Origin: Victivallales bacterium | Lineage (GTDB): Bacteria; Verrucomicrobiota; Lentisphaeria; Victivallales; UBA1829 | DNA: 64,000 bases | Assembly: GCA_045594005.1 (NCBI GenBank) | Contig: JAZNXT010000138.1 | Coordinates: forward strand, 9,034-73,033 | Direction: 5' to 3' | Part shown: in pieces, positions 1 to 9,400 of the stretch | How positions within the stretch are numbered: position 1 is the stretch's first letter | Layout: every line of letters begins with the position of its first letter | Position numbers and translations under genes: made by a program | The notes under the pieces: model-generated | What the model saw: only the letters and a program-made list of their open reading frames with translations | Told to the model about the DNA's origin: nothing | The model's database searches: none

Positions 1-563
1 TCCTTGCGGGCATCGTAATGTTCCCCGGCGCGGAGTGCGTCATAGACAATGGGTCCGTTCCGTGTGATTTTCCAACCTTCTTTGGAGCTGACAAGCAGTC
101 CATCGGCATTGCGGATCTCCAGCCGCATTTTCGTATTGTCACGCCACGGCGCATATTCCAAAACCCACGGTCCCATTGTATGAATATCAAACCAACCCGT
201 ACCCAGCACCACACCAATGGCATTTCTGCCTTTTTTCAGCATGGAGGAAACATCGTAAGTGACATACAATGCGCGTTTATCGTACACGCTCACAATGGGA
301 TCCAAACGGTGATCACCCACTTTTTCCCCGTTGATATAAACTTCGTAATAGCCGAGTCCGCAGATCGCCAGCACGGCTCCTGCCGGATCCTCCACATCAA
401 ATTCCTTCCGCATCCACGGGGCTGACGGCTGATCTTTGACCCGGCAATGAAATTCGCTTTCATCCCGTTCTGTCACCCGGAAATCGGTATTGGTGAAATT
501 GCTGAAATCGCTTCTCAATGAACCGATCCATTTTGATTCGCTGTTGTCGGTAAAAAATTTCAT
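1..563 (-). CDS. alpha-L-rhamnosidase (GH78), N-terminal part; 3' end runs off the window
   Basis: My own minus-strand translation from ATG (563-561) stays open to base 1: MKFFTDNSESKWIGSLRSDF...GLGYYEVYINGEKVGDHRLDPIVSVYDKRALYVTYDVS...GPIVYDALRAGEHYDARK. This is the typical GH78 N-terminal signature. It is missing from the ORF track because it has no in-window stop. Confidence 0.75.
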   Translation of the reverse strand, partial: MKFFTDNSESKWIGSLRSDFSNFTNTDFRVTERDESEFHCRVKDQPSAPWMRKEFDVEDPAGAVLAICGLGYYEVYINGEKVGDHRLDPIVSVYDKRALYVTYDVSSMLKKGRNAIGVVLGTGWFDIHTMGPWVLEYAPWRDNTKMRLEIRNADGLLVSSKEGWKITRNGPIVYDALRAGEHYDARK

Positions 564-576
564 TGTGATATCTCCT

Positions 577-2652
577 TTAAAGGTAAAGCGTTTCCTGTTT
601 CTGTACTTCTTTCAAGGCATCTTTGAGCTGATCCAGCTTCCATTCCAGATTTTCCCGGTCCGTGGTATAGAGCATCGTAGCCTCCCACCCCAAACGGGAA
701 TCGGCATCCACCAGCGGGATCGTTTCCCGCACATTGCGTTCTTCATCGGCAAGGATCGCACGCATGAAAGAAAGAGCTTTGCGCTTTTCATCCTTCGTGC
801 TGTTTTCATCCTGTACAGTCAAACCGCGCTGATAAAACTGTTTCACATTCCGCATGGTACGGACACAATGGGCAAGAAAATCCCCCAGCAGCATCATGCG
901 CTGTGCCGTTTCTTTGCAATGTTCCGGCACGGAATCCAGCACAGAACGCAATTTTTCATTGCCGGAAATGAACAGGGCAAGTTCCTTTTCCGCCATTTCA
1001 ATATGAGCTTTGATCAGTTCGGCAGGCATCTTGAACGATTCCGCCATATACATCCAGCCGGTACCGTGCTTGATCCCGTTGTGATACTGATATTGGGGAT
1101 GCAGCGGATCGGGCAGCGGCACTCCGGGAAATGTAAAGGGAAAGACCGGTCCCACACGGAGCGATCCGTATTGATCGAAACCGCGGGCGGAGTGATAATA
1201 CATAGCATCGCTCCAATCACGCCATGCGGCAACCACCTGTGCTGCATTCTTTCTGCCGAAATCGCGGGCTGCGACCGCCAGCAGATGATCTTCATTCACC
1301 GTCAATTCCTCTGTAAATGCCGTTTTTGCCAATTCGGAAATAAAGGATGGCGTAAAACCGTAGTGATGACTTTCCATCGTGCCGGAAAGACCCCAATCCT
1401 GACGGGCTTTCAGCATATTTTCATACCGTTTCATCCACGCAAAGGGGAACGGCATGTACGGAACCACGCCGAAATCCCAGGTGGAACCTGCCGTATTGGT
1501 CATAGAGGTCAATTTGATCCCCCGCCGTGCCGCCACTTCCGCTTCGGAGGCAAAAACCGTTCCCGGTCCGGCACTGGTGATGGAATAATCTTCCACCCAG
1601 GTGGGAACTCCGCATTTTTCCACGCTTTCGTCCCCCATTTCAAAAGTCACATGCAATGTAATATCGGTGGGGATATGTTCCAGCAGTCTCAAGCGGTCTT
1701 CCGCAGGAGCCCAAAACCAGTTGTAGGTCCAGAAATAAAGCTCCAGATCGCTTTTGTATTTCCGTGTCACATCACGGACACGGACGAGCCAATCGCTCCA
1801 GTCCGCCACGGGCCAGAAACCGTTGATCGCCTTTTTTCCGCAGTTGGAACGGTCCCACCAATAGCCGCTGACACCTTCCTCACGGGAGGGAAATCCCACC
1901 GATTCACCCACAAAAACAAGTCCGCGGATCCCCGGTGCATTTTTGACAATGGCTCCATAAAGATCATCATAAAATTCTTCCGCATTGTCATCCAGCGGGT
2001 GACATCCCGCCGCCTGGGTATGCACATGGGGATACACATACACATCCAAGCCGTATTCCGCCGCTTTTTCCACCACTGCATTCAGATCGATCTTGCCGTT
2101 GCGGGTGATATCCGGTACTTCCCGGATGAAGATGATGATGGCATCCATGCCCGCGTGAGCGATCTGCGGCAGATATTCATCCGGAAAAATTTCCAGTTCC
2201 CAGCCGGAATGAGTCATACGCGGTGAAAAAAGCCGGGTGAATGTGCGGCTGCCTTTTTTCACAAAAACTTCGCCGCGCAAATTCAATTCATCTTCCAGCC
2301 GATAACATCCCTGCGCCGCTTCCCGGGCTGTCGCGCCCGTGATCCGTACCATATTTGCCTCTGCACTGATACGGCTGCGCCGTTCGTGATCCTCCGGCGC
2401 AACAGAGATGGTGATACAACATTCCGATCCCGTTTCCGCAATGGGCAGATCCAGATCAAAACTTTTACGGAAATAATCCTGCAAGTCTGCAGCCGCGCGG
2501 ATCAGAACTTTTTCCGCAGAAAGCGGCACGATCTTCCAGCTGCCGTCGATGACGATCTCATCCTCACTCTGCGGCAGAGCTTCCGGCGAACGGCGGGGGA
2601 TATGGACCTGCGCCAATCTTTTTCTGAAATCGTAATGCTGTTCTTTCTTCAT
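577..2652 (-). CDS. uncharacterised glycoside-hydrolase-like protein (function is a guess)
   Basis: 691-aa ORF in a tight operon, with a 6-nt gap to the upstream stop and a 13-nt gap to the rhamnosidase start. GGCGGAG RBS. The N-terminal IVIDGSWKIV...AAADLQDYF segment resembles the alpha/beta domain that precedes TIM barrels in GH20/GH67/GH115-type enzymes. I can name no diagnostic catalytic motif. Confidence 0.6.
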   Translation of the reverse strand: MKKEQHYDFRKRLAQVHIPRRSPEALPQSEDEIVIDGSWKIVPLSAEKVLIRAAADLQDYFRKSFDLDLPIAETGSECCITISVAPEDHERRSRISAEANMVRITGATAREAAQGCYRLEDELNLRGEVFVKKGSRTFTRLFSPRMTHSGWELEIFPDEYLPQIAHAGMDAIIIFIREVPDITRNGKIDLNAVVEKAAEYGLDVYVYPHVHTQAAGCHPLDDNAEEFYDDLYGAIVKNAPGIRGLVFVGESVGFPSREEGVSGYWWDRSNCGKKAINGFWPVADWSDWLVRVRDVTRKYKSDLELYFWTYNWFWAPAEDRLRLLEHIPTDITLHVTFEMGDESVEKCGVPTWVEDYSITSAGPGTVFASEAEVAARRGIKLTSMTNTAGSTWDFGVVPYMPFPFAWMKRYENMLKARQDWGLSGTMESHHYGFTPSFISELAKTAFTEELTVNEDHLLAVAARDFGRKNAAQVVAAWRDWSDAMYYHSARGFDQYGSLRVGPVFPFTFPGVPLPDPLHPQYQYHNGIKHGTGWMYMAESFKMPAELIKAHIEMAEKELALFISGNEKLRSVLDSVPEHCKETAQRMMLLGDFLAHCVRTMRNVKQFYQRGLTVQDENSTKDEKRKALSFMRAILADEERNVRETIPLVDADSRLGWEATMLYTTDRENLEWKLDQLKDALKEVQKQETLYL

Positions 2653-2658
2653 AATGTG

Positions 2659-3957
2659 TTACAACTCCGCCATAATGGAAAGTTTTTCTTCGATCGCAAC
2701 ATCAAGCAAACCAAGTTCATACAGAAAATCCAGCACCGTGTAACGGGTCCGGATCAACTGCGCCATACGGACAGCATGGACGAACTGTTCCCTGTCCAAT
2801 CCGATCCCGGAAGGCGTTACCGGACAGGATGCTTTTTCCAGCATGGCTTTCAATTCTTTGTAGGAGATCATCTGTTTGCGGAGGCGTTCCTGAAGTCGCG
2901 TCCAGTGTTCCCCGATCTCTTTTCTCCGTGCCGCAAGTGCTTCACCGGTACGGAATTTTGCCATCGCTGTCTTCTTCGGAGCTTCGCCGTAACAGCCGCG
3001 TGCCATGATCTGCGCGATCTCCGCCTCCCGTTCCGCCACGGTCAAACCTGCTTTCATACGGGGGACAAGTTCTTCAAAAGAGTGTTCCAGAATAAACTCA
3101 TGGAGCAGCGTGGATGCCAGAAGCCCGAGCCCCACTTTGAACCCGTGGGACACATCTTCGCCATTGAACATCAAGCCTTCCATTTCCCACACATGACTGC
3201 AGAGGTGTTCGGCTCCGGACGCGGGACGGCTGTCTTTCATCATCTGCATGGCATAACCGGTGGCGGCAAGACCGGCAAATACATTGAGCAGGTCTTTGCT
3301 GTCGGAAACCCAGTTGCGGATCTGCCCCTGAATCAGTTCCCACACATCGGGACGGATGGGATCTTCTCCCAATTCATCTGCAATGATCCAGTCCGCACCC
3401 GCCGGGATCTTGGTGAGCAGATCAGCATAACCGGATGCCATCATCGGCGCGGGAGCGGTGTTCAGAATATCCACATCCGCACACAACGCATAAGGCGCGG
3501 GACACGGCACTGTCTGCTTGGTCCCCTTCACGGAAAGCGCAGCTCCGGAAGATGTATAACCATCCACAGAACACGCGGTCGGCACACAGCAGTAGCGCAC
3601 GCCTTTGATGCCGGACGCACACTTCACCAGGTCATTGATCACGCCGGATCCCACAGCCACCGGCACGCAGTTTTCATCCATTTTTTCCGCCAGCATTTCC
3701 GAATAGGAAAAATCCGGATGCAGTTTCGGTGTGCCGGGAAAAATATATTCCGGAATGAGCGCAAATCCGGCAGCTGTCAACAATTCTTTTGCGCGTTTTC
3801 CGGCAACCAGCCAGGTATTATCGTCGGCGACCAGCCACGGTGTTTTTCCGGGAAAAACAGTTTTGAGCAGTTCAGGCAGAAAATCCAGCGCACCGGGAGC
3901 CAACAGAAAAGTATTGGTTTCCAGTCCTTCCGGGACAGCGATCACAGGCATAGACAT
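2659..3957 (-). CDS. sn-glycerol-1-phosphate dehydrogenase family protein (AraM/EgsA-like, DHQS-like iron-ADH superfamily)
   Basis: 432-aa ORF with an AAGGAG RBS before ATG 3957. It has the glycine-rich GSGVINDLVK motif and D/H/H metal-ligand contexts (ASGYADLL, SGAEHLCSHVWE, VSHGFKVG) typical of the G1PDH/AraM branch. Confidence 0.7.
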   Translation of the reverse strand: MSMPVIAVPEGLETNTFLLAPGALDFLPELLKTVFPGKTPWLVADDNTWLVAGKRAKELLTAAGFALIPEYIFPGTPKLHPDFSYSEMLAEKMDENCVPVAVGSGVINDLVKCASGIKGVRYCCVPTACSVDGYTSSGAALSVKGTKQTVPCPAPYALCADVDILNTAPAPMMASGYADLLTKIPAGADWIIADELGEDPIRPDVWELIQGQIRNWVSDSKDLLNVFAGLAATGYAMQMMKDSRPASGAEHLCSHVWEMEGLMFNGEDVSHGFKVGLGLLASTLLHEFILEHSFEELVPRMKAGLTVAEREAEIAQIMARGCYGEAPKKTAMAKFRTGEALAARRKEIGEHWTRLQERLRKQMISYKELKAMLEKASCPVTPSGIGLDREQFVHAVRMAQLIRTRYTVLDFLYELGLLDVAIEEKLSIMAEL

Positions 3958-3996
3958 AATAAAAACTCCTTAGCATTTTATGTTTTGCATTTTATG

Positions 3997-4037
3997 GAGG
4001 TGATTTCAAAAGTCATTCAGGACTTTTGAATTACCTC
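3997..4037. promoter_or_regulatory. imperfect palindrome in the 5' region of the 3957 operon
   Basis: gaggtgatttcaaaagtc / loop attcag / gacttttgaattacctc, with 10 perfect bp plus a 5-bp extension. It is preceded by a direct 10-mer repeat gcattttatg at 3973-3982 and 3987-3996. Role unknown. Confidence 0.3.
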
Positions 4038-4292
4038 TATGGAATTAATATATCTGCAATGCTGTTTTTTTGCAAGCACAAATACAGGTTTTTCAAAAAA
4101 AAGTTTCAGCCCGGAAAACCGGACTTTTCAAGGTGTGCGTTGTGTTTTTTGATTACTTTCCATCACCCCCCGGTCAACAGCAAAATAATTTTCCCTTTGA
4201 TATGAAGTCCGGTTCCCCTTTTTTTATGCCGGTCTCCTGCGGCTGATCTTCTTCCGACAGATCAGCCGTCACATATCAACTGCCATTCTTTC

Positions 4293-4799
4293 TTATTTTT
4301 TCTCATTCGGAATAAGGAAAATACTCCCCAAATCTGATTCGCCTTCTTCTAACGCCAAAGGCAGGGGATCATGAAACAAATTTTCTGATGACCCGTTAAG
4401 TGCAATTTGTGAAGAAAGCCATTTTATGTAGGTACTGCTGCCGGTTTGATACCCTTCTTTCTGAATCGTAACCTTTCTTTTCAGAATATCACGGTTATCC
4501 GGATCAGGATATACTCCCGGAGATCCCATATAAATGATATAATGCCATTGTCTGGGGGCATTTACCAGAAAACAACCGTTCTTATCGCTTATTGCACTTT
4601 CGGTGTATGATTTTTCCTCCGTCGATACCGTGTAATAGATTCTTGCACCGCAGACCGGTTCGCCGGTTTCTTCATCAAAGACCTGACCACGGATTGCTTG
4701 CGCAACTTCGCTCGTATGCGGCAGAAAAATACAACCCGGTAACAGTGTCACAAAAACTGAAACAGCAACTATGTAACGCAAAAAAAACTTGAACGGCAA
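4293..4799 (-). CDS. small putative lipoprotein with carboxypeptidase-regulatory-like beta-sandwich motif
   Basis: TTG start with a GAGGAG RBS 8 nt upstream. The N-terminus MPFKFFLRYIVAVSVFVTLLPGC is a signal peptide plus a lipobox-like LPGC. GQVFDEETGEPVCGARIYY resembles the CarboxypepD_reg fold. It lies 45 nt downstream of the 479-aa gene in a visibly AT-richer stretch. Confidence 0.6.
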   Translation of the reverse strand: MPFKFFLRYIVAVSVFVTLLPGCIFLPHTSEVAQAIRGQVFDEETGEPVCGARIYYTVSTEEKSYTESAISDKNGCFLVNAPRQWHYIIYMGSPGVYPDPDNRDILKRKVTIQKEGYQTGSSTYIKWLSSQIALNGSSENLFHDPLPLALEEGESDLGSIFLIPNEKK

Positions 4800-4843
4800 G
4801 GCTGAAACTCCTCATAAAAAACAAGCACTGAACTAATATAACA

Positions 4844-6283
4844 TTACGGAATAAAATTTTCAAGTGTTTCAACAACCGTTTCCAAAAAAGCCCAGTCAAT
4901 AACAAGGAAATTTTTCCCTTGGTATGAAATGTTCGGTTCCCCTTTTACTGTTCTTGTTCCCCATGCTGCATCCCATTGATACTTCATCTTAAAAATCATT
5001 TCATTTTCGTTCCATGTGCCACTGATATAAGCAACACCTCCGTTTTCTTTTGCAATATTGTTTTTTATACGTTGTACCACTTGCGGGAATGCGTTTTTCA
5101 TAAAATCTTTTTTTGATTTTTGCTGCCAGTTTTTTTTAATATCTTTTGTGGCTTGCTTATAAAAATTATTCCGTAGTTCATCATATGTTATTTTGATTTC
5201 AAAATCTTTATTTCTTCCGCTGTAGCACTGCATCAAATAGACCTTTGCCAGTTTGTATCCCTGATTATCAACTGCACTCAGCAGAGCGGCTTGAGATGTT
5301 TTCTTGCCATTCGATTCACTAATACTACCGAATCTACTTCCATGAGCATATAAAACAAATCCCCAGATCTGCCTCCAGTAAGTTTTGAAGGCAGCATACA
5401 TCTCATCAATGGAACGACAGAAAACCTTTTTCATTCCGTATGAACCGACATAAGAAATAACTTGCCCAATGGTTCCTCCGTGATTTATAAATAACCGTTT
5501 TTCCAAACTCCCGCCCTGAAGTAAATCAATACACAGCCAGACATTCGGGACATCCACTGTAATTGTGGTTTGATTCCCGTGTTTTTGAATATTTATATTC
5601 TGCATCCAGACGAATGCTTCATTCTCATCAAGCCGAACGCGTTCTGCAAGTTTTTTGATCAGGTAATCTGCCAGATAAAAGTTGGGAATCGGAATCGTGA
5701 CAGCATAGGTTGCCAAAGCATCCTCCTTGAGACATTTCCAGGAATAATCGTTCAGATCGACTGTTTTTTTGACTTTATTCCAAATACACTTACAATGCGG
5801 ATGAGGACGATATACGCCATCGTCCTGTCGGTAAAATCCCATTTTTTTCATAAAAGTATCGTCCTGCATTTGCTTCTCTGTCACAGTAACACCATCCATC
5901 GAACGGCATTTCTCACAATTTTCCTGCGATGCATCAAATGTAAATGCCTCAACATATTCAACTGTAGAACCGGAAAAAGCAGCATCAGATGTATCAAAAA
6001 ATGCAGTTGCTCCCGGAATCGCATATCCGAAACGGCAAATATTTTTACCTTTTGCCTCTCCTGTTACACCGCGGCAACCGTATTTTGATACAATCTTTTC
6101 CTTGATTTCTGCAGAAAGATGTTTTTTGCAATCCAAGTTCAATTTCTTTGCAATGTCAAGCGTCTCTGCACAAAACGCAACACACGCCGGATTGCCGCAG
6201 TGGATTCCCGGAAACAATCCGGAAAGTCGATCGCGTTTTTCAAATTCCTTCTGCAAAGATTGATCGATTGAAATATTCAGCAT
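4844..6283 (-). CDS. hypothetical protein with Mu F/SPP1 gp7-like Cys/His motif and a caspase-fold-like HG...C dyad
   Basis: The track ORF starts at TTG 6301. An AAAGGAG RBS sits 7 nt before ATG 6283, giving MLNISIDQSL... (479 aa). Motifs are CEKCRSMDG...RPHPHCKC, and GFVLYAHGS with KVYLMQCYSG 39 residues downstream. No signal peptide. Confidence 0.7.
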   Translation of the reverse strand: MLNISIDQSLQKEFEKRDRLSGLFPGIHCGNPACVAFCAETLDIAKKLNLDCKKHLSAEIKEKIVSKYGCRGVTGEAKGKNICRFGYAIPGATAFFDTSDAAFSGSTVEYVEAFTFDASQENCEKCRSMDGVTVTEKQMQDDTFMKKMGFYRQDDGVYRPHPHCKCIWNKVKKTVDLNDYSWKCLKEDALATYAVTIPIPNFYLADYLIKKLAERVRLDENEAFVWMQNINIQKHGNQTTITVDVPNVWLCIDLLQGGSLEKRLFINHGGTIGQVISYVGSYGMKKVFCRSIDEMYAAFKTYWRQIWGFVLYAHGSRFGSISESNGKKTSQAALLSAVDNQGYKLAKVYLMQCYSGRNKDFEIKITYDELRNNFYKQATKDIKKNWQQKSKKDFMKNAFPQVVQRIKNNIAKENGGVAYISGTWNENEMIFKMKYQWDAAWGTRTVKGEPNISYQGKNFLVIDWAFLETVVETLENFIP

Positions 6284-6346
6284 AAGCACAACTCCTTTCA
6301 ACTTATTTTGAATAGAATGTCTGCGTCAAATATTCAGTCTCAAGAA

Positions 6347-6385
6347 CACAAAAAACGGGGTCCGTCCCGAAGGACAGACCCCGTT
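6347..6385 (-). terminator. rho-independent terminator of nifJ
   Basis: On the minus strand: aacggggtctgtccttcgggacggaccccgtt followed by ttttttg. The stem has 9 + 4 bp and lies about 30 nt after the nifJ stop. Confidence 0.85.
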
Positions 6386-6415
6386 GAAAGATTCTTACAA
6401 GAATCGTTTGCTGAA

Positions 6416-9400
6416 TTACATCAGCTTACCGACTTCCTGATAGAAGCTCATGCGCTTTGCAGCATCCTTTTCAGCCTTTTCAAAGAGTGCTTCAGCTTCA
6501 GCCGGGTTGGCTTTGACCAGAGCTTTGTAACGGCCTTCGCTGCGGATGAAGTCCTGATAGCTGCCGGTAGCCGGTTTGGCATCCCAGGAGAACGGAGCTT
6601 CTGCAGCCGGATTGTAACGGTAGAGCGGCCAGTAACCGGCTTCCACAGCGCGTTTCTGCTCGGTCTGGGTCTTGCTCATATCGATACCGTGAGCGATACA
6701 GGGAGCGTAAGCGAAGATGATGGACGGACCTTCGTATGCTTCAGCTTCGCGGAACGCTTTGAGGACCTGGTTGCGGTCTGCACCGAGAGCCACACTTGCC
6801 ACATACACATAGCCGTAGCTCATGCACATGAAGCCCATGTTTTTCTTGTAGGTGCGTTTACCGCCTGCGGCGAATTTCGCCACAGCAGCAGTCGGAGTGG
6901 CTTTGGAGGACTGTCCGCCGGTGTTGGAGTACACTTCGGTGTCGAGAACGAGAATGTTCACATTCTTGCCCATTGCCACGACATGGTCGATACCGGCATA
7001 ACCGATATCGTTTGCCCAGCCGTCACCACCGATGATCCACACGCTCTTGTCGCAGAAGTAGTCGGAAAGTTCATTGACTTTCGCGAGAACCGGGCAATCA
7101 CATTCCGCTGCGCACTTGGCGATGACTGCCTTTGCGGCAGACTGAGCGGCGATGGCTTCCGGAGTCTTGCTGTTGTCCCAGTGAGCCAGTGCGCCGTTGA
7201 TAGCGTCTTTGAGTTCAGCCGGAGCTTCTTCAGCAGCCAGAACTTTTTCGCAGTATTCTTTGAGGGTGGAGCGGTTGGCATCCACAGCCATTCTCATACC
7301 GAAACCGAATTCGGCGTTGTCTTCAAAGAGAGAGTTCGCCCATGCCGGACCGCGACCTTCTTTGGTCTTGGTGTACGGGATGGTGGGGAACGTACCGCCG
7401 TAGATGGAGGAACAGCCGGTGGCGTTGGCGATGATCGCGTTTTCGCCGAAGAGCTGAGCCATGAGTTTCACATAGGGAGTTTCACCGCAACCGGCGCAGG
7501 CACCGGAGAATTCAAACAGCGGCTTGCGGAGCATCGCACCCTTGACAGTGGCAACGGTGTTCTTGCCCATGACGTTGTCCGGCGTGGCATCGAAGAATTT
7601 TTCGTTGGCATTTTCGCCGGCAGCGCGTTCGGCTTCCAGCGTGGACCAGACAATCGCCTGTTTGCCTTCTTTGGCTGTCATCGGGCACTGATCAAGACAG
7701 ACACCGCAACCGGTGCAGTCTTCGATATAGACCTGAAGTTTGAACTGGAGATCATCGCAAGCCGGGACAGCCGGTTTCACTGCGAAGGAAGCAGGTGCAT
7801 CGGCAAGGTCTTTCTGGCTGATGAGTTTCGTACGGATCGCAGCGTGGGGACATGCAGAAGCGCAGATACCGCACTGGATACAGTTTTCTTTGACCCACTT
7901 CGGAACGCGGGGAGCAATACCGCGTTTTTCCAGACACGCAGTGCCGGTGGGCAGAGTGCCGTCCACAGACATGGCGGAAACCGGGATGGAATCGCCTTCG
8001 TTGTGCATGGAGGGTTCGATGATCTTCTTGGCAAATTCGCTGGCATCATCCGGAATGAGTTTGCCCGGAGTGTAGTACGGAACACCGTCGAGAGATGCCG
8101 GAACGGGAACTTCCTGACAGGCATCAGCAGCAAGATCCACCAGTTTGTTGTTCATATCGACAACATCCTGACCTTTCTTACCGAAGGTCTTGGCGTTGAG
8201 GCTCTTCATACCTTCTTCGGCTTTTTCGTAGGGAACGATGCCGGAAAGTTTGAAGTAGGCAACCATCATAACGGTATTGGCACCTTTGCCGCGGAGACCC
8301 GGCTGGCTCTTGATGATGGCTTCTGCGTTGATATTGTAGAATTTGATCTTCTTGTTGATGATCGTTTCCTGCATATCGCGGGTCAGGTGGGAGAACACTT
8401 CGTCGTTGCTGTAATGGCTGTTCAGCAGGAAGGTACCGCCTTCTTTGATGCCCTTGAGCAGGTCATAACGGCCGATGTAAGCTGCGGTGGAGCAGGAAAC
8501 AAAGTCCGGGCTGGTGATCAGATAGGTGGATTTGATGGGGGAATCGGAGAAACGGAGATGAGAGCAGGTCAGACCGAAAGACTTCTTGGAGTCGTATGCG
8601 AAGTATGCCTGTGCATCTTTGTTCGTGTACATACCGATGATCTTGATGGTGGTCTTGTTGGCACCGACAGTACCGTCGCCGCCCAAACCGTAGAACATAC
8701 AGTTGGTGGTGCCTTCCGGTTCCGTCACGATCTCTTCATCAATGGTGAGAGAGGTGTTGGTCACGTCGTCGATGATACCGACAGTGAAGCCGTGGAACGG
8801 GTTGGAGGAAGCCAGGTGTTTGTAGATCGCCAGCACCATGGACGGGCTGAATTCTTTGGAGGAAAGACCATAACGGCCGCCGATGATGGTGATGGCGGGA
8901 TCGTTCACAGCCACTTTCACATCCAGGTACAGCGGTTCGCCGATGGCACCCGGTTCTTTGGTGCGGTCGAGAACAGCAATGCGTTTCACAGTCTTCGGCA
9001 GTGCAGCAAGGAACGCTTCGGTGCAGAAGGGACGGTACAGACGGACTTTGATCAAGCCGTATTTTGTGCCGCGTTTCGCATTCAGATAGGTGATGGCTTC
9101 TTCGATGGTTTCGCAGGAGGAACCCATGGCAACGATCACATCGGTGGCATCTTCCGCACCGACATAGTCGAAGAGTTTGTAGTTACGGCCAGTCACGGCT
9201 GCAACTTTGTCCATGTATTCCTGAACGATCGCCGGAGCGGCGTTGTAGAATTTGTTGACCGTTTCACGACCCTGGAAGTAAACGTCACCATTCTGTGCGC
9301 CGACTTTGGTGATGGGTTCTTCCGGACGCAGAGCGCGGGCGCGGAATTCTTCAATGTATTTGGGTTCAACAAGTTTCGCGATATCTTCATAGGAGATTTC

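Noticed and set aside
490-4029. Plus-strand ORFs 490-2226 (578 aa) and 2386-4029 (547 aa)
   Set aside because: They are antisense to the minus-strand operon (577-2652 and 2659-3957). That operon has RBS-supported starts, tight spacing and recognisable motifs. The plus-strand products have none.
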